Assembly (NCBI GenBank): GCA_963744715.1
Contig: CAVUUR010000009.1
Location: forward strand, 64,001 to 128,000
Source: an uncultured bacterium
Lineage (GTDB): Bacteria; Babelota; Babeliae; Babelales; JACPOV01
Length of the DNA stretch: 64,000 nt
Direction: 5' to 3'
Part shown: positions 63,882-64,000 of the stretch, one piece after another
How positions within the stretch are numbered: position 1 is the stretch's first letter
Layout: every line of letters starts with the position of its first letter
Notes under the pieces: generated by a model
Seen by the model: only the letters and a program-made list of their open reading frames with translations
Told to the model about the DNA's origin: nothing
Database searches by the model: none
Translations under genes and position numbers: made by a program

Positions 63882-64000
63882 AACGACCTTCCCCGTATAA
63901 AAAAATGTAATTATGCCTAGTATGCTTTAGTAGAAGGGCAGATTGTCAATAAAATAGTGATATCTAGAGAGGGAAAAAATCGTTTGGGTATTGTAAAGAA

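Overview
AT-rich bacterial chromosome segment. The gene style (many signal-peptide hypothetical proteins with ankyrin, WD40 or F-box-like parts, a streamlined ribosomal superoperon, a TrmD-SPOUT fusion) suggests an intracellular protist-associated bacterium, most plausibly Babelota/Dependentiae (TM6); this is inference. Housekeeping content: pcrA/uvrD, hflX, ffh-rpsP-khpA-trmD-rplS, murC, photolyase, yidC-recR, pepP, NhaC antiporter, rplM, rseP, the str-S10-spc-alpha cluster (34.4-53.6 kb) and sbcC. Several essential genes (rpsL, rpsG, fusA, tuf, rplO, secY, rpoA, rplQ) carry clustered indels that are most likely consensus errors. Accessory highlights: (1) a signal-peptide polymorphic toxin with a bacterial EndoU tip, an immunity gene, an orphan toxin-tip fragment and a second immunity gene; (2) seven secreted-type proteins whose predicted mature N-terminus is Met, mostly Met-E/D/Q/N; (3) tandem arrays of secreted paralogs; (4) a DUF2807-like cluster with a diverged murC fragment as a recombination scar; (5) a mirror-image divergent promoter and many promoters with 16-bp spacers; (6) an 8-Cys secreted micro-peptide. 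I recognised no tRNA, rRNA, CRISPR array, integrase or transposase.
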